NCBI GenBank assembly: GCA_963699755.1
Contig: CAVOVB010000001.1
Span: 128,001-192,000 of the forward strand
DNA: 64,000 nt
DNA from: an uncultured delta proteobacterium
GTDB taxonomy: Bacteria > Myxococcota_A > Polyangia > Polyangiales > Houyiibacteriaceae
Direction of reading: 5' to 3'
The translations under genes were made by a program, and so were the position numbers. The notes under the pieces are model-generated. The model searched no databases, had not been told where the DNA came from, and saw nothing but the letters and a program-made list of their open reading frames with translations. This document shows, one piece after another, positions 35,548-47,928 of the stretch. Within the stretch, counting starts at the first letter, position 1; every line of letters starts with the position of its first letter.

Positions 35548-36288
35548 GTGGATGTATCCGAGTTCCAAGAGGCGCTCCTTCAAGAGATGGAGCGAAAGAC
35601 GCACTGGGCCTGGCCGGCGTTCACGCGCGGGCTGGTTTCACCAGACAAGCTGCACATTCACCTCGAGCACGAGTGGGAAGTATACGTGCGCGACTTCCCG
35701 ATCATGGTGGGCCGCGCATACGTGCAGTGCCCAATCGCCGAGGTGCGCCGCGAGTTGGCAGCGAACCTGTACGAAGAAGAGACCGGCGGACTAGCTGCAG
35801 GACGGCCGCACCCCGACTTGTTCATGATGTATCCGCAGGGGCTCGGAATGGACCTCGAACGCTTCTCGAACGTTCAGCTGCTACCAGCAGCGCGCGTGTA
35901 TCGCGACTTCCTGGATGGCGCGACCACGAATCGTGGTTGGTCGGTGGCGTCTTCGGTCGCCACGCTCTTCATCGAGGGCACCGCGTACGAGCGGCACGAG
36001 CTCGATCAAGCGGCGCCGCCTCGCCCGCAACCACCGCTAGAGGAGCATCCGCTTGTGAAGCACTACGGTCTTCCGGTCGAATGCCTGGCGCTGACCAAAG
36101 CACATCGCTCGGTCGAAGGCGAGCATCGTCAAGCCGCGTGGCGCGTCATGCTCAACCACGTCCCGTCCGTCGACCGCGCCGACGTCGTTCGAGCGATGGC
36201 TCAAGCCGTCGACCTGTGGCGCGCCTACCGCGATGACGTGGCCGAAGCCTGCGGCATCCATCGAGACGCCCTGCCGCTAACCGCCTAG
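35548..36288 (+). CDS. Heme-oxygenase-like diiron redox enzyme (CADD/PqqC/TenA fold)
   Basis: EEETG...H, FIEG, H-x3-E-x2-H ligand pattern. Confidence 0.78.
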   Translation: MDVSEFQEALLQEMERKTHWAWPAFTRGLVSPDKLHIHLEHEWEVYVRDFPIMVGRAYVQCPIAEVRRELAANLYEEETGGLAAGRPHPDLFMMYPQGLGMDLERFSNVQLLPAARVYRDFLDGATTNRGWSVASSVATLFIEGTAYERHELDQAAPPRPQPPLEEHPLVKHYGLPVECLALTKAHRSVEGEHRQAAWRVMLNHVPSVDRADVVRAMAQAVDLWRAYRDDVAEACGIHRDALPLTA

Positions 36289-37743
36289 AAGCTTCTTCTG
36301 GACCTTGCCCATCGCGTTTCGCGGGAGCTCAACCATGAACTCGAAGTCCCGCGGGCGCTTGTGGGGGCTCAGATGCTCCGCGACGAAGCTGCCGAGTCCA
36401 GCGGCGTCCTGGGCTTCCCCCGGACGCAAGACGACAAAGGCTGCAATCCGCTGGCCTAGGTCATCATCGGGCATTCCGACGACGGCCACCTCTCGTACCG
36501 AAGGATGCTCCAACAAGCATGCCTCGATCTCGCCAGCGCCCACGCGATAGCCTCCCGTTTTGATCAAGTCCGTGCTCCGGCGACCCAAGATCCGGATCGC
36601 GCCCTCCGCGGTTCGGGTCGCGAGATCACCTGTGTAGAACCAGCCCTCCTCGTCCAAGACCGCAGCGGTCGCGTCGTGCCGGTTGAGGTATCCCGCAAAG
36701 ACAGCATCGCTCCGCACAGCGACTTCCCCGATCGTCTGATCGTCATAGGCATCGAGCTCGCGACGCTGCTCATCGACGAGCTTCAACTCGACCCGAGGAA
36801 GCGGCGGCCCCACATAGCCCGGCATCGGGGCATGGGATGCAGGGACGCCGCAGTTGATGAGCGTCTCAGTCAAGCCGTATCGTTCGTGTACGCCGCGGCC
36901 TGTGAGTGCCTGGATACGCTCGTGCTCGCGCAGCGAGAGCCCCGCCGAGCCGGAAACGAGCAATCGCGCTTGGCGTAGCGCTTCACAAAGACCGGGATCG
37001 TGCTCCGCCGCTTCAGCGAGTCGGTGAAACATCGTGGGTACGCCGAAGAACACGGTCTGCTCGTGACGCGGATCGACCAGCGCCTTGGCGATGCCGTCGG
37101 CTGAGAAACGCGGAACGTGGTGAAGCGCGCCCCCCACTCGCAAGCTGCCCAAGAGCCCCAGCACCAGGCCATGCGCATGAATCAGGGGCAGGGAATGAAC
37201 GACGCTATCGCGCTCGGTCCAGTCCCAGGCTTCGGCCAGTGCATCGAGGTTCGCGGCAATGTTGCTTCGCGTAAGCACCGCGCCCTTCGGTGGGCCCGTG
37301 GTGCCAGAGGTGTAGAGAATCAGTTCGGGTGACTCGTCGACCGCGATTGGCGGCAGCGTTGCCGACCCTGGCTGGTACGCGGCTCGAAGCGAGGGGACGC
37401 CCACTGCTTCGTGAGGAATTTCGTGCCGTTCACAGCAAAACGATAGCTTCGGTGCGGAATCATCGTAGATGTGGGCGAGCTCGTCCGAGCTGAGCTTGGG
37501 GCTCAGCGGGACCGTCGCTACGCCGGCCACGGCATTCCCGATCATCGCTGCCGCCGTACAGAGATCGGGCTGCGCCCAAACCGCTACGCGATCGCCCGCT
37601 TCCACGCCGGCCCGTGCGAGCAGGGCCACGTGCTCGAGGGCAGCACCCGCGAGCTCGCCATAGGTCCAAGACTCATCGTCCACGATGAATGCTAGGCGTG
37701 AGCCGGCGAGGGTGAGGGGTGGGAAGAGCCCGGACACGCCCAA
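36277..37743 (-). CDS. Acyl-CoA synthetase (MatB/ACSF3-like)
   Basis: YTSGTTGPPKG, ERYGLTET, PRNAMGKVQK. Confidence 0.9.
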   Translation of the reverse strand: MGVSGLFPPLTLAGSRLAFIVDDESWTYGELAGAALEHVALLARAGVEAGDRVAVWAQPDLCTAAAMIGNAVAGVATVPLSPKLSSDELAHIYDDSAPKLSFCCERHEIPHEAVGVPSLRAAYQPGSATLPPIAVDESPELILYTSGTTGPPKGAVLTRSNIAANLDALAEAWDWTERDSVVHSLPLIHAHGLVLGLLGSLRVGGALHHVPRFSADGIAKALVDPRHEQTVFFGVPTMFHRLAEAAEHDPGLCEALRQARLLVSGSAGLSLREHERIQALTGRGVHERYGLTETLINCGVPASHAPMPGYVGPPLPRVELKLVDEQRRELDAYDDQTIGEVAVRSDAVFAGYLNRHDATAAVLDEEGWFYTGDLATRTAEGAIRILGRRSTDLIKTGGYRVGAGEIEACLLEHPSVREVAVVGMPDDDLGQRIAAFVVLRPGEAQDAAGLGSFVAEHLSPHKRPRDFEFMVELPRNAMGKVQKKLLGG

Positions 37744-37788
37744 TGGATATCAGCTAGCGAGGTTCTTGTCTCGCTGGCACTGACGCTG

Positions 37789-38445
37789 CTACCGCTCCAC
37801 CGGGAAGCCCCCCCGCCCCCACTCATTCCAAGACCCGTCATACAACCTCACGTCCTCGAAGCCGAGCGCGGTCAAAGTTAGCCAGGCGAACGAGCCTCGC
37901 TGGCCCGTTGCGCAATACGTGACTGTCGTCTCCGCTCGATCCATGTCCTCGTACAGCTCCTCGAGCTCGCTCCTGGCCCGGAGAAACCCGCCGCCGAGGT
38001 AGCGGACGTCGTCGTGACCGTAGTAACGAAGAGTCCAGACGATTCGGGACGGGTCGTACTCTGGGGAACCGCCGTACACCACGGCGGTGACCTCGTTCCG
38101 CAGCCCCGCCGCTCGAAGCACTGACTGCGCTTCCATCGGCAGCATGACTTGCGCCGAAACGCCGTCGACGGTCGTCGCCAAGTCGCTGGGCCTCAGGTGG
38201 ATAGCGCCCTGAATTCTGGAAGCTTCATATCCCGAGCCGCGCGTGTCGATCGGCTGAACGTCGGGGTCGCCAAGGCGTGCTTCCAGCCAGTCGGAGTCCA
38301 CCACGAGGTCGGAGCTGAGGGGAACCCCGCCGTCCAACTGGGCGCACGCGTTCAGGGACAAGCCTTGGCACTCGTTCGAGCTCGGGCCGCTCCCACAACC
38401 CAGAAGCGTCGCTGCGAAAACTACGCAAAGTTTTCTCGCAAGCAT
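37789..38445 (-). CDS. Rhodanese/sulfurtransferase lipoprotein with apparent internal in-frame deletion
   Basis: LLGC lipobox; YCATGQRG, RLYDGSWNEW; domain 1 end fused directly to mid-domain 2. Confidence 0.78.
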   Translation of the reverse strand: MLARKLCVVFAATLLGCGSGPSSNECQGLSLNACAQLDGGVPLSSDLVVDSDWLEARLGDPDVQPIDTRGSGYEASRIQGAIHLRPSDLATTVDGVSAQVMLPMEAQSVLRAAGLRNEVTAVVYGGSPEYDPSRIVWTLRYYGHDDVRYLGGGFLRARSELEELYEDMDRAETTVTYCATGQRGSFAWLTLTALGFEDVRLYDGSWNEWGRGGFPVER

Positions 38446-38494
38446 CGCGCCACTCTACCCGAAAGACCCGAAATGCGGTACGAGGCTTTCTGCG

Positions 38495-39439
38495 ATGTTC
38501 GAACCGAGCAAGACCCTAGTCATTGCCAATCCAATGGCCCGGCACGGTTTCGTAGGGGACAACTGGCCGACGCTGAGCGCTCAAATCTTGGAGGCGCTCG
38601 GCCCCGTAGACCTTCAGCTCACCAAGTCGCAAGGCGATGGTCTTCGAATCGGTAAGCAGGCGATCGCGGAGGGAGCTCGAACGATCATCTCCTTTGGTGG
38701 GGACGGGACGCACAGCGAAGTCGTCGACGCCATCATGCGGTCCGGGCTCAACGAAGAGGTCACACTTGGCATTCTTCATGCGGGCACGGGCGGCGACTTC
38801 CGGCGAATGATCCCGGGCGCCGAGGAGCTGCAGAGCGGCTGCGCAGTGATTAGGAACGAGCGTGCAATCCCAATCGACATCGGCTGGGTTCAGTACGTTG
38901 ACGACGAAGGTCGCTCCGAGGGGCGGTTCTTTCTGAACATCACTTCACTGGGCATGGGCGGCCTCGTCGATCGCCTCGTCGCAGCATCGCCCTCCAAGAG
39001 CAGCGGCAAGGCCAAGTACTTCAAGGCCGTGCTTCGAGCGCAAATGAAGTACAAGCCAGCTCGGATCGGGCTCCGCATCGACGGCAAAGACGAAGGCGAG
39101 CACGCGATCAGCAACATATGTGTTTGCAACGGCCGATGGGCAGGCGGCGGCATGATGTTTGCGCCCGAAGCCCGGGTAGCGGACGGCGTGTTCGACGTGG
39201 TGCTGATTCGAGCAACCTCGACGCTACGCGGCCTTCCCGTGATGGCGGCGCTCTACAAAGGGACCCATGTCCGCTCCCCCATCGTCAGCACCTACCGGGG
39301 TCGGCACGTCACGGTCGAAATACTCGCCAACACCGCCTGGATGGACATCGACGGGGAGGCTCCAGGCGTCGGCCCGGCCGAATTCCGAATTCACGATCAC
39401 GCCTTGCGTGTCATCGGGATTGGGCCCGAGTTCATCTGA
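38495..39439 (+). CDS. Diacylglycerol kinase-family lipid kinase (YegS/BmrU)
   Basis: IANP, GGDGT, GTGGDF, NGRWAGGGM, DIDGE. Confidence 0.92.
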   Translation: MFEPSKTLVIANPMARHGFVGDNWPTLSAQILEALGPVDLQLTKSQGDGLRIGKQAIAEGARTIISFGGDGTHSEVVDAIMRSGLNEEVTLGILHAGTGGDFRRMIPGAEELQSGCAVIRNERAIPIDIGWVQYVDDEGRSEGRFFLNITSLGMGGLVDRLVAASPSKSSGKAKYFKAVLRAQMKYKPARIGLRIDGKDEGEHAISNICVCNGRWAGGGMMFAPEARVADGVFDVVLIRATSTLRGLPVMAALYKGTHVRSPIVSTYRGRHVTVEILANTAWMDIDGEAPGVGPAEFRIHDHALRVIGIGPEFI

Positions 39440-39441
39440 GC

Positions 39442-40269
39442 TCAATCGTCCTCGAGGCGTTCACGGCGAAACGCGCGCACGGCAAGCTCTCCGATTCTGA
39501 GCGACGCGCCGGGCGCGTAGCGATGGAGACGCCAAAGCGCATTAACCGTGGTCGACAGCACGATGTAGAATCGATTCCGATCGACGCCGCGTAGAATCTG
39601 CCGCGCTGCTTTTCGAGGCGGCACCGGCTTGCCCGGCCAAATCTTCCGAAGGGCCTCGGAGTCGAGCTTGACATAGCTCGTCGAGTCGAGGATCGGCGTG
39701 TCGACCAGGCCGGGGCATACGACACTGACCTTCACGCCAAAGGTCGCGGCCTCGATGAGCAATGTCGACGACAGCCCGACCACGGCATGCTTGGTCGCCG
39801 CATAGGCGCCTTCGGCCGCTGCTGGAATCAGGCCGGCAGCAGAGGCCGTGTTGATGATGTGACCGAAGCCCTGCTCACGCATGATTGGATAGGCCGCGTG
39901 AACCCCGTGGACCACCCCCCGGAGGTTCACATCGATCAGCCTATTCCAATCCTCGAGGCTCGTGTCCCGGATCTCGGCGCAGATGTTCACGCCGGCATTG
40001 TTGAACATGCGGTCGATGCGACCGAGCTCATGATATACGCCGTCGACGAGGGCCTGCACCTCGGCTGCGTCCCGCACGTCGACGGTCTTTGCGTCGAGCT
40101 GCGCTCCTGCGGCCCGAAGCTCGGCGGCCGTCTGCTCGAGCAACTCGGAGTTGATATCGGCCAGTACGAGGTAGCAGCCCCGTTCCGCCATCTCCTCGGC
40201 CAGAGCCCTGCCGATGCCACCGGCGCCGCCGGTGATAATCGCGACCTTCCCCTTCAAGTCGTTAGCCAT
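39442..40269 (-). CDS. Short-chain dehydrogenase/reductase
   Basis: TGGAGGIG, NNAG, YAATK. Confidence 0.92.
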   Translation of the reverse strand: MANDLKGKVAIITGGAGGIGRALAEEMAERGCYLVLADINSELLEQTAAELRAAGAQLDAKTVDVRDAAEVQALVDGVYHELGRIDRMFNNAGVNICAEIRDTSLEDWNRLIDVNLRGVVHGVHAAYPIMREQGFGHIINTASAAGLIPAAAEGAYAATKHAVVGLSSTLLIEAATFGVKVSVVCPGLVDTPILDSTSYVKLDSEALRKIWPGKPVPPRKAARQILRGVDRNRFYIVLSTTVNALWRLHRYAPGASLRIGELAVRAFRRERLEDD

Positions 40270-40367
40270 GATCGGGGTTCCCTCCGAGGGCGCACGATGG
40301 CCACAAAAGCCCTTGCAGACAAGTGTGACGCGCCGGGAAGAAGAAAGGGCGCTATGCTGCTCCTTCG

Positions 40368-41159
40368 ATGCCACGACCGTTCTTCGGCCCAACGACACCG
40401 ATCCCGTTTTCGCATCGCGGCGGCGCCAAGCGCTGGCCCGAGAACACACTGCTCGCTTTTCGGAACTCTGCGGAGCTCGGCTACCGGCACGTCGAAACCG
40501 ACGTTCATGAAACCTCCGACGGTCACTTCGTCTTGTTCCACGATCCGACGCTCGAGCGAACGACGAACGGCCGAGGCCAGCTACGCGACCATACGCTTGC
40601 CGAGCTTCAACGCCTCGACGCAGGCTACCAGTTCGTGGAAGATGGAAGCTACGCCTTTAGACATGCCGGCCTCTGCATTCCGACTCTCGAAGAGGCTCTC
40701 GCTGCAGATCCGCGACTTCTCTATAACCTCGAGATCAAGCCACTCGACCCGACGCTGGCAGGCCGTCTCTGGGAATTCATCGACCACCACGGCATTCACG
40801 ATCGAGTTCTCGTCGCATCGGCGCACGACGAAGTCACCGACGCTTTTCGCAAACACAGTAGGGGTCGCGTCGTGACGTCGTCGGGGCGCCAAGGCGCGCT
40901 CCGCTTCTGGGCGCGAGCACGGGCGGGCATGTCCAAGCATCTCGTCGTTCCATTCGACGCCCTGCAGGTTCCGACGTCCTTCCATGGCATGAAGGTGATC
41001 ACGCCACGATTTGTCGAGGCCGCGCACCGTCACGGCATTCAAATCCATGTATGGACAATCGACGACCCCGCAGTCATGCTCGAGCTCCTCGCTGCCGGGG
41101 TCGACGGCATCATGACCGACCTCCCGGACGTCCTTCTCGAGGTATTGGGCAGGCACTAG
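40368..41159 (+). CDS. Glycerophosphodiester phosphodiesterase
   Basis: HRGG, PENT, ETDV, HD, WTID, GIMTD. Confidence 0.92.
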   Translation: MPRPFFGPTTPIPFSHRGGAKRWPENTLLAFRNSAELGYRHVETDVHETSDGHFVLFHDPTLERTTNGRGQLRDHTLAELQRLDAGYQFVEDGSYAFRHAGLCIPTLEEALAADPRLLYNLEIKPLDPTLAGRLWEFIDHHGIHDRVLVASAHDEVTDAFRKHSRGRVVTSSGRQGALRFWARARAGMSKHLVVPFDALQVPTSFHGMKVITPRFVEAAHRHGIQIHVWTIDDPAVMLELLAAGVDGIMTDLPDVLLEVLGRH

Positions 41160-41197
41160 CTTGTGAAAGCGAGCTGTGCTGTCATGCGAGCAACGAC

Positions 41198-42124
41198 ATG
41201 AGACCACCGATGCTCCTCTTCGCGACCGAACGCTACCAGGAGCTCTGCGAGGACATCGCAGGAGCAGGCGATTTCGATATGGGCGTCGTGGAGCGCAAGG
41301 TCTTCCCCGACGAGGAGCGCTACCGCCGCATCGATACCGATTGCGCCTTGCGCGATGTCGCACTGGTCGGCGGGACGGTCGACGACGTGGACGTGCTCGA
41401 GATCTACGACCTTGCATGCGGCCTGGTGCACCAGGGGGTCCACACCCTCACCCTCGTGCTCCCCTGGTTCGGATATCAAACGATGGAGCGGGCCTCCAAG
41501 CCTGGGGAGATCATCGCAGCAAAGAACCGAGCCCGGTTGCTCTCGTCGATCCCTTCCGCCGGCTCCGGCAACCGCGTGGTTCTCATCGACCTGCACTCCG
41601 AAGGCATCCCGCAGTATTTCTCCGGCGACATCCGACCCGTCCATCTGCAAGCCCGCTCCGTCGTGCTCCAAGCGATTCGAGATTTCGGCGGAGAGGATTT
41701 CGTCCTCGGCGCAACCGACGCCGGCCGAGCCAAGTGGGTCGAAAGCCTGGCCAACGATCTCCTGGTCGACGCCGCATTCGTGTTCAAACGGCGCCTCTCC
41801 GACACCCAAACCGAAATAACCGCCCTCGCCGCCGACGTCGAAGGCCGCCCCGTCGTCATCTACGACGACATGATTCGCACGGGCGGCTCACTGATCTCGG
41901 CTGCGAGCGCCTATCGGGAAGCAGGCGCAAGCGAGGTCTACGCAGTATGCACCCACGGCGTGTTTGCCCAGGACTCCCTCGAAAGGATTCAGGACAGCGA
42001 AGCGCTCGAGGGGATCGCATGTACGAACACGAGGCCGCACGTCCAGGACCTCGCGGACGGGGACTTTCTCAGGGTGTATTCGGTGGCGGATCTGATCGCG
42101 CAATTCTTGTCGGAGAGCGTGTAG
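41198..42124 (+). CDS. prs: Ribose-phosphate pyrophosphokinase (divergent)
   Basis: FPDEE, DLHS, DAG, DDMIRTGGS, THGVF. Confidence 0.88.
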   Translation: MRPPMLLFATERYQELCEDIAGAGDFDMGVVERKVFPDEERYRRIDTDCALRDVALVGGTVDDVDVLEIYDLACGLVHQGVHTLTLVLPWFGYQTMERASKPGEIIAAKNRARLLSSIPSAGSGNRVVLIDLHSEGIPQYFSGDIRPVHLQARSVVLQAIRDFGGEDFVLGATDAGRAKWVESLANDLLVDAAFVFKRRLSDTQTEITALAADVEGRPVVIYDDMIRTGGSLISAASAYREAGASEVYAVCTHGVFAQDSLERIQDSEALEGIACTNTRPHVQDLADGDFLRVYSVADLIAQFLSESV

Positions 42125-42175
42125 CGCGGGCACCCGGGGCGCGGACAAAGCACGACCCTCCGTTCGCCGCCGTAG

Positions 42176-42577
42176 CTACTCGCTCCGCCGGTGGAGCGTC
42201 CGGACGTGCTTGACCAGCTCCCCAATCTGCTCTGGGGTCAGCAAGTCCCCAAACGCTGGCATCGTCGGTGGATTGCCGCGTGCGATGAGTTGCGCGATCT
42301 GTGCGTCCTCGATGCCGTCCTGCCAGGAAGCGCTCGCGAAGTTGAGCGCGACCTCCGGACCTCCACGCCCGTCCGTTCCGTGGCAACGTGCGCAGTTGCG
42401 CTGCCACAGCAAGTCGCCGATCGTGAGGTCAGGGCGTTCTTGTTGCGGCACGCGGTTGCGGTCGATTTGATTGTCGGGCAGGTGCGCGTGGTCCTCGGGC
42501 GTCCACACTCGGAGATTTTCCGGGTCGCTCGAACAGGCCGCTACGAATAGGCAGGCCACCATGATTCTTGTCAACAC
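42176..42577 (-). CDS. Monoheme cytochrome c lipoprotein
   Basis: VAAC lipobox; CARCH; MPAF distal Met. Confidence 0.88.
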   Translation of the reverse strand: MLTRIMVACLFVAACSSDPENLRVWTPEDHAHLPDNQIDRNRVPQQERPDLTIGDLLWQRNCARCHGTDGRGGPEVALNFASASWQDGIEDAQIAQLIARGNPPTMPAFGDLLTPEQIGELVKHVRTLHRRSE

Positions 42578-42592
42578 CGGGCTCCCTGTAGC

Positions 42593-43666
42593 CTATCCGC
42601 CGATGAGGCTCATCCCGACGCTTTCGTGCTCGTGCTCTTCGGGTTCCAAGAAGTGATGCCCGCGATCCTTGCCGGAAAGGGACCAGACCATCGCCCAGGC
42701 AAGATCGAGCTCGCTGCCTCCGGCTCGCATGATGTCGCGCAGACTGATCGCGCGGCGCGACGCCAGGCAGGCACGGATGTCACCCCGGGCCGTGATCCGC
42801 ACCCGATTGCAGTTGTCGCAGAACTCGTCGCTGATTGGCGTGATGAAGCCAACTCGACGACCGGAGCCATCCGCCGCAACCATGTAGCGCGCCGGCCCCT
42901 GCCCTTCCACTCCCTCGGGTGCCTCGCGGGAAATGCTCGCTCCCAGGGCGTCGAGCACCTCGGCGGCGTTCATTCGCATGCTTTGCGGGAGCTTCGCACC
43001 CTCCCCGAGCGGCATGAGCTCGATGAAACGCGGCGTCGCACCGAGCGACCAGGCGAAATCAACGATGCGCCGGAGCTCGTCGTCATTGCGGCCCCGAAGG
43101 GGTACGGTGTTGAGCTTCACGTCGAGCCCTACATCGATCGCGGCGTGAATCCCGGCCAAGACGCGCCCCAAGTCGCCACCGCGCGTGAGCTCCGCAAACC
43201 TCACGGCGTCCAGCGTGTCGATCGAAACATTCACTCCGAAGAGCCCGGCGGCGCGCAGCGGACGCGCCAGCTCGGACAGTCGGGTCGCGTTGGTGGTCAT
43301 CACGAGTTGCTCGACCTCGGTGCGCCGATGTACGAGCTCCACCAATCGAACGATGTCCTTGCGCACGAGGGGCTCGCCGCCGGTGAATCGAACACGCCGA
43401 ATGCCCGCCAACGCAAAGACCGACACCAGCCGCGCGGCTTCTTCGAACGTCAGCAGCTCACGCCGAATCGCATGCTCGTCCTCCCCGCTCGGCGGCATGC
43501 AGTAGATGCATGCAAGATCGCAGCGATCGGTCACGCTGAGGCGCAGATAGGTGTATCGCCGACCGCGCGAATCGCGCAGAAGCGGGATCGCGTTGAAATC
43601 GTCGGGTCGCGCAGGCCAGTCTTCGTAGAGGGCCGACCGGCTCGGCAAAAGGGGAAGGCGGCGCAC
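42593..43666 (-). CDS. moaA: GTP 3',8-cyclase
   Basis: YLRLSVTDRCDLACIYC, FCDNCNR, C-terminal MSLIGG. Confidence 0.95.
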   Translation of the reverse strand: MRRLPLLPSRSALYEDWPARPDDFNAIPLLRDSRGRRYTYLRLSVTDRCDLACIYCMPPSGEDEHAIRRELLTFEEAARLVSVFALAGIRRVRFTGGEPLVRKDIVRLVELVHRRTEVEQLVMTTNATRLSELARPLRAAGLFGVNVSIDTLDAVRFAELTRGGDLGRVLAGIHAAIDVGLDVKLNTVPLRGRNDDELRRIVDFAWSLGATPRFIELMPLGEGAKLPQSMRMNAAEVLDALGASISREAPEGVEGQGPARYMVAADGSGRRVGFITPISDEFCDNCNRVRITARGDIRACLASRRAISLRDIMRAGGSELDLAWAMVWSLSGKDRGHHFLEPEEHEHESVGMSLIGG

Positions 43667-43715
43667 GGTCAGAGTTTAGAGGCCGGCGCCTGTCGGTCAA
43701 CGCCTGTGCGCTCGC

Positions 43716-43770
43716 TTGACTTCACCTGAGCAGGGAATCAGGCTCGTGCCTTCTACTGAATCACGATTCA
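43716..43770 (+). promoter_or_regulatory. fadIJ promoter with palindromic operator
   Basis: TTGACT-17 bp-CAGGCT, then TGAATC-AC-GATTCA at 43757-43770. Confidence 0.55.
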
Positions 43771-43788
43771 TTTTCAGGAGCTCGGCGC

Positions 43789-45080
43789 ATGGAATCTAAT
43801 GGAAAGCGCGTGGCGATCGTTGCCGGACTGCGGACGCCCTTTGCGAAACAATGGTCAGCTTACCGGGAGGTCAGCGCGCTCGACCTCGCGAACATCGTGG
43901 TCTCCGAGCTCTTGCAGCGTGTAGAGCTCGACCCGATTGAAATCCAGCAGGTCGTTTACGGACAGGTGGTACCCTCGGTGGAAGCGCCGAACATCGCCCG
44001 CGAGATCGTACTCGGGACCGGCATGCCGAAGGGCATCGAGGCGTACAGCGTTTCGATGGCCTGCGCGACAGGTTATCGGTCGACCGTGAGTGTCGCCGAG
44101 GCGATCATGGCCGGTGCGATAGACACGGGCTTGGCGGGCGGCGCGGACAGCGCGAGCAACGTACCGATCACCGTTTCGAAGCGCCTCGCCGAAGCCCTCA
44201 TGGCCGCGACCAAGGCGCGCAGCATCGGCGAGCGCGCGCAGATTTTTGCAGGGTTACGTCCCCGCGACCTCGTTCCGGTGGCTCCTGCCATCGCAGAGTA
44301 CTCCACCGGCCTTTCGATGGGCGAAAGCGCCGAGAAGATGGCGAAGGAAAATCACATCAGCCGAGCGGCTCAAGATGAGTTCGCGCTCCGAAGCCACACG
44401 CTGGCGGCCGCGGCCTGGGACGAGGGCAAGCTCGACGCTGAGGTGATGGAGGTATTCGTACCGAACCGCTTTGATCAGGCTATTCGAAGGGACAACCTGG
44501 TTCGGGAGGGCGGCACGATCGAAGACTACGCGAAGCTCAAGCCAGCCTTCGACCGCAAGCACGGCACCGTCACCGCAGGCTCGAGCTCGCCGCTGACCGA
44601 CGGTGCGAGCGCATTGCTGCTCATGCGTGAAGACAAGGCCAAGGCGCAGGGCTTCGATGTCCTGGGCTTCATTCGAAGCTATGCGTTTGCCGCGCTCGAC
44701 CCAGCCGGTCAGCTTCTGATGGGTCCCGCCTATGCAACGCCAATCGCGCTCGAGCGGGCCGGCATCAAGCTGTCGGATCTGGATCTCATCGACATGCACG
44801 AGGCGTTCTCCGCCCAGATTCTGTCGAACACGCAGGCCTTCGAGTCGGTCGAATGGGCCCAGAGGCACCTCGGACGATCCGAGAAGATCGGCGACATCGA
44901 CTGGGACAAGTTCAACGTGACTGGCGGCTCGATTTCGATCGGGCATCCGTTCGCGGCCACCGGCGCGCGTCAGATCACACAGACCCTCCGCGAGCTCAAG
45001 CGGCGCGACGGTAACTTGGCCCTTTGCACCGCCTGCGCGGCGGGTGGCTTGGGCGCGGCCATGGTCTTGGAGGCAGAGTA

Positions 45081-45081
<1 letters not shown>
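43789..45081 (+). CDS. fadI: 3-ketoacyl-CoA thiolase
   Basis: [22 protein letters not shown]; coupled to fadJ. Confidence 0.93.
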
Positions 45082-47300
<2,219 letters not shown>

Positions 47301-47467
47301 CCGTCCGATGTGTAAGGATAATTAGCCGATTCCCGAATAAGTCAGAACCTCGATTGCATGCGGCTCCCGACCTATCTATGATGGGGCTCGACCGGAGAAA
47401 TGGGAACAACCGAGCGAGGGTGGGTGTTCGTCCGTCGTATGGGGCAACCGGCAAGCAAGTACCGAAG

Positions 47468-47908
47468 ATGACGAGCGAAGCAAGCGCGCAGAAGTTGGAA
47501 AGCGCAGCCAAGACAATCGCCGAGAACCGGCCGCAGCACCGGAGCGTGCTGCTCGTCGAAAGCGACCCGGATCTACAGTGGAGCCTTGCGCGGATGCTGA
47601 CGGTCGATGGCAACCGCGTCGTGGGCACCAGCTCCGGCGATGGCGCGCTGACGGTGATCGAGCAATGGGACCCCGACTTGGCGTTGGTGGCGAGCAGCTT
47701 GCCAGGCGCGAGCGGTGTCGAGGTCGCACGGCAGCTCCGCGAGAGGAACCCCGACCTAGTGGTCATTTTGATGGGTGAAGAGCCTCTCGAGCGCGTCGTG
47801 AAGGAGCGCTCGACCGACGTCAGTGCTTATCTGGCCAAGCCTTTCCGCTTTGAAGCGCTACGCGCGCTCATCGAGTCGCTCCAACTTGCAGCGGCCCCCG
47901 CGGAGTAG
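47468..47908 (+). CDS. Single-domain (pseudo)receiver protein
   Basis: VLLVESD...PDLALVASSLP...YLAKPF; phosphoacceptor Asp absent. Confidence 0.8.
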   Translation: MTSEASAQKLESAAKTIAENRPQHRSVLLVESDPDLQWSLARMLTVDGNRVVGTSSGDGALTVIEQWDPDLALVASSLPGASGVEVARQLRERNPDLVVILMGEEPLERVVKERSTDVSAYLAKPFRFEALRALIESLQLAAAPAE

Positions 47909-47928
47909 CCCTGCTAGGCTTCCAAGGT

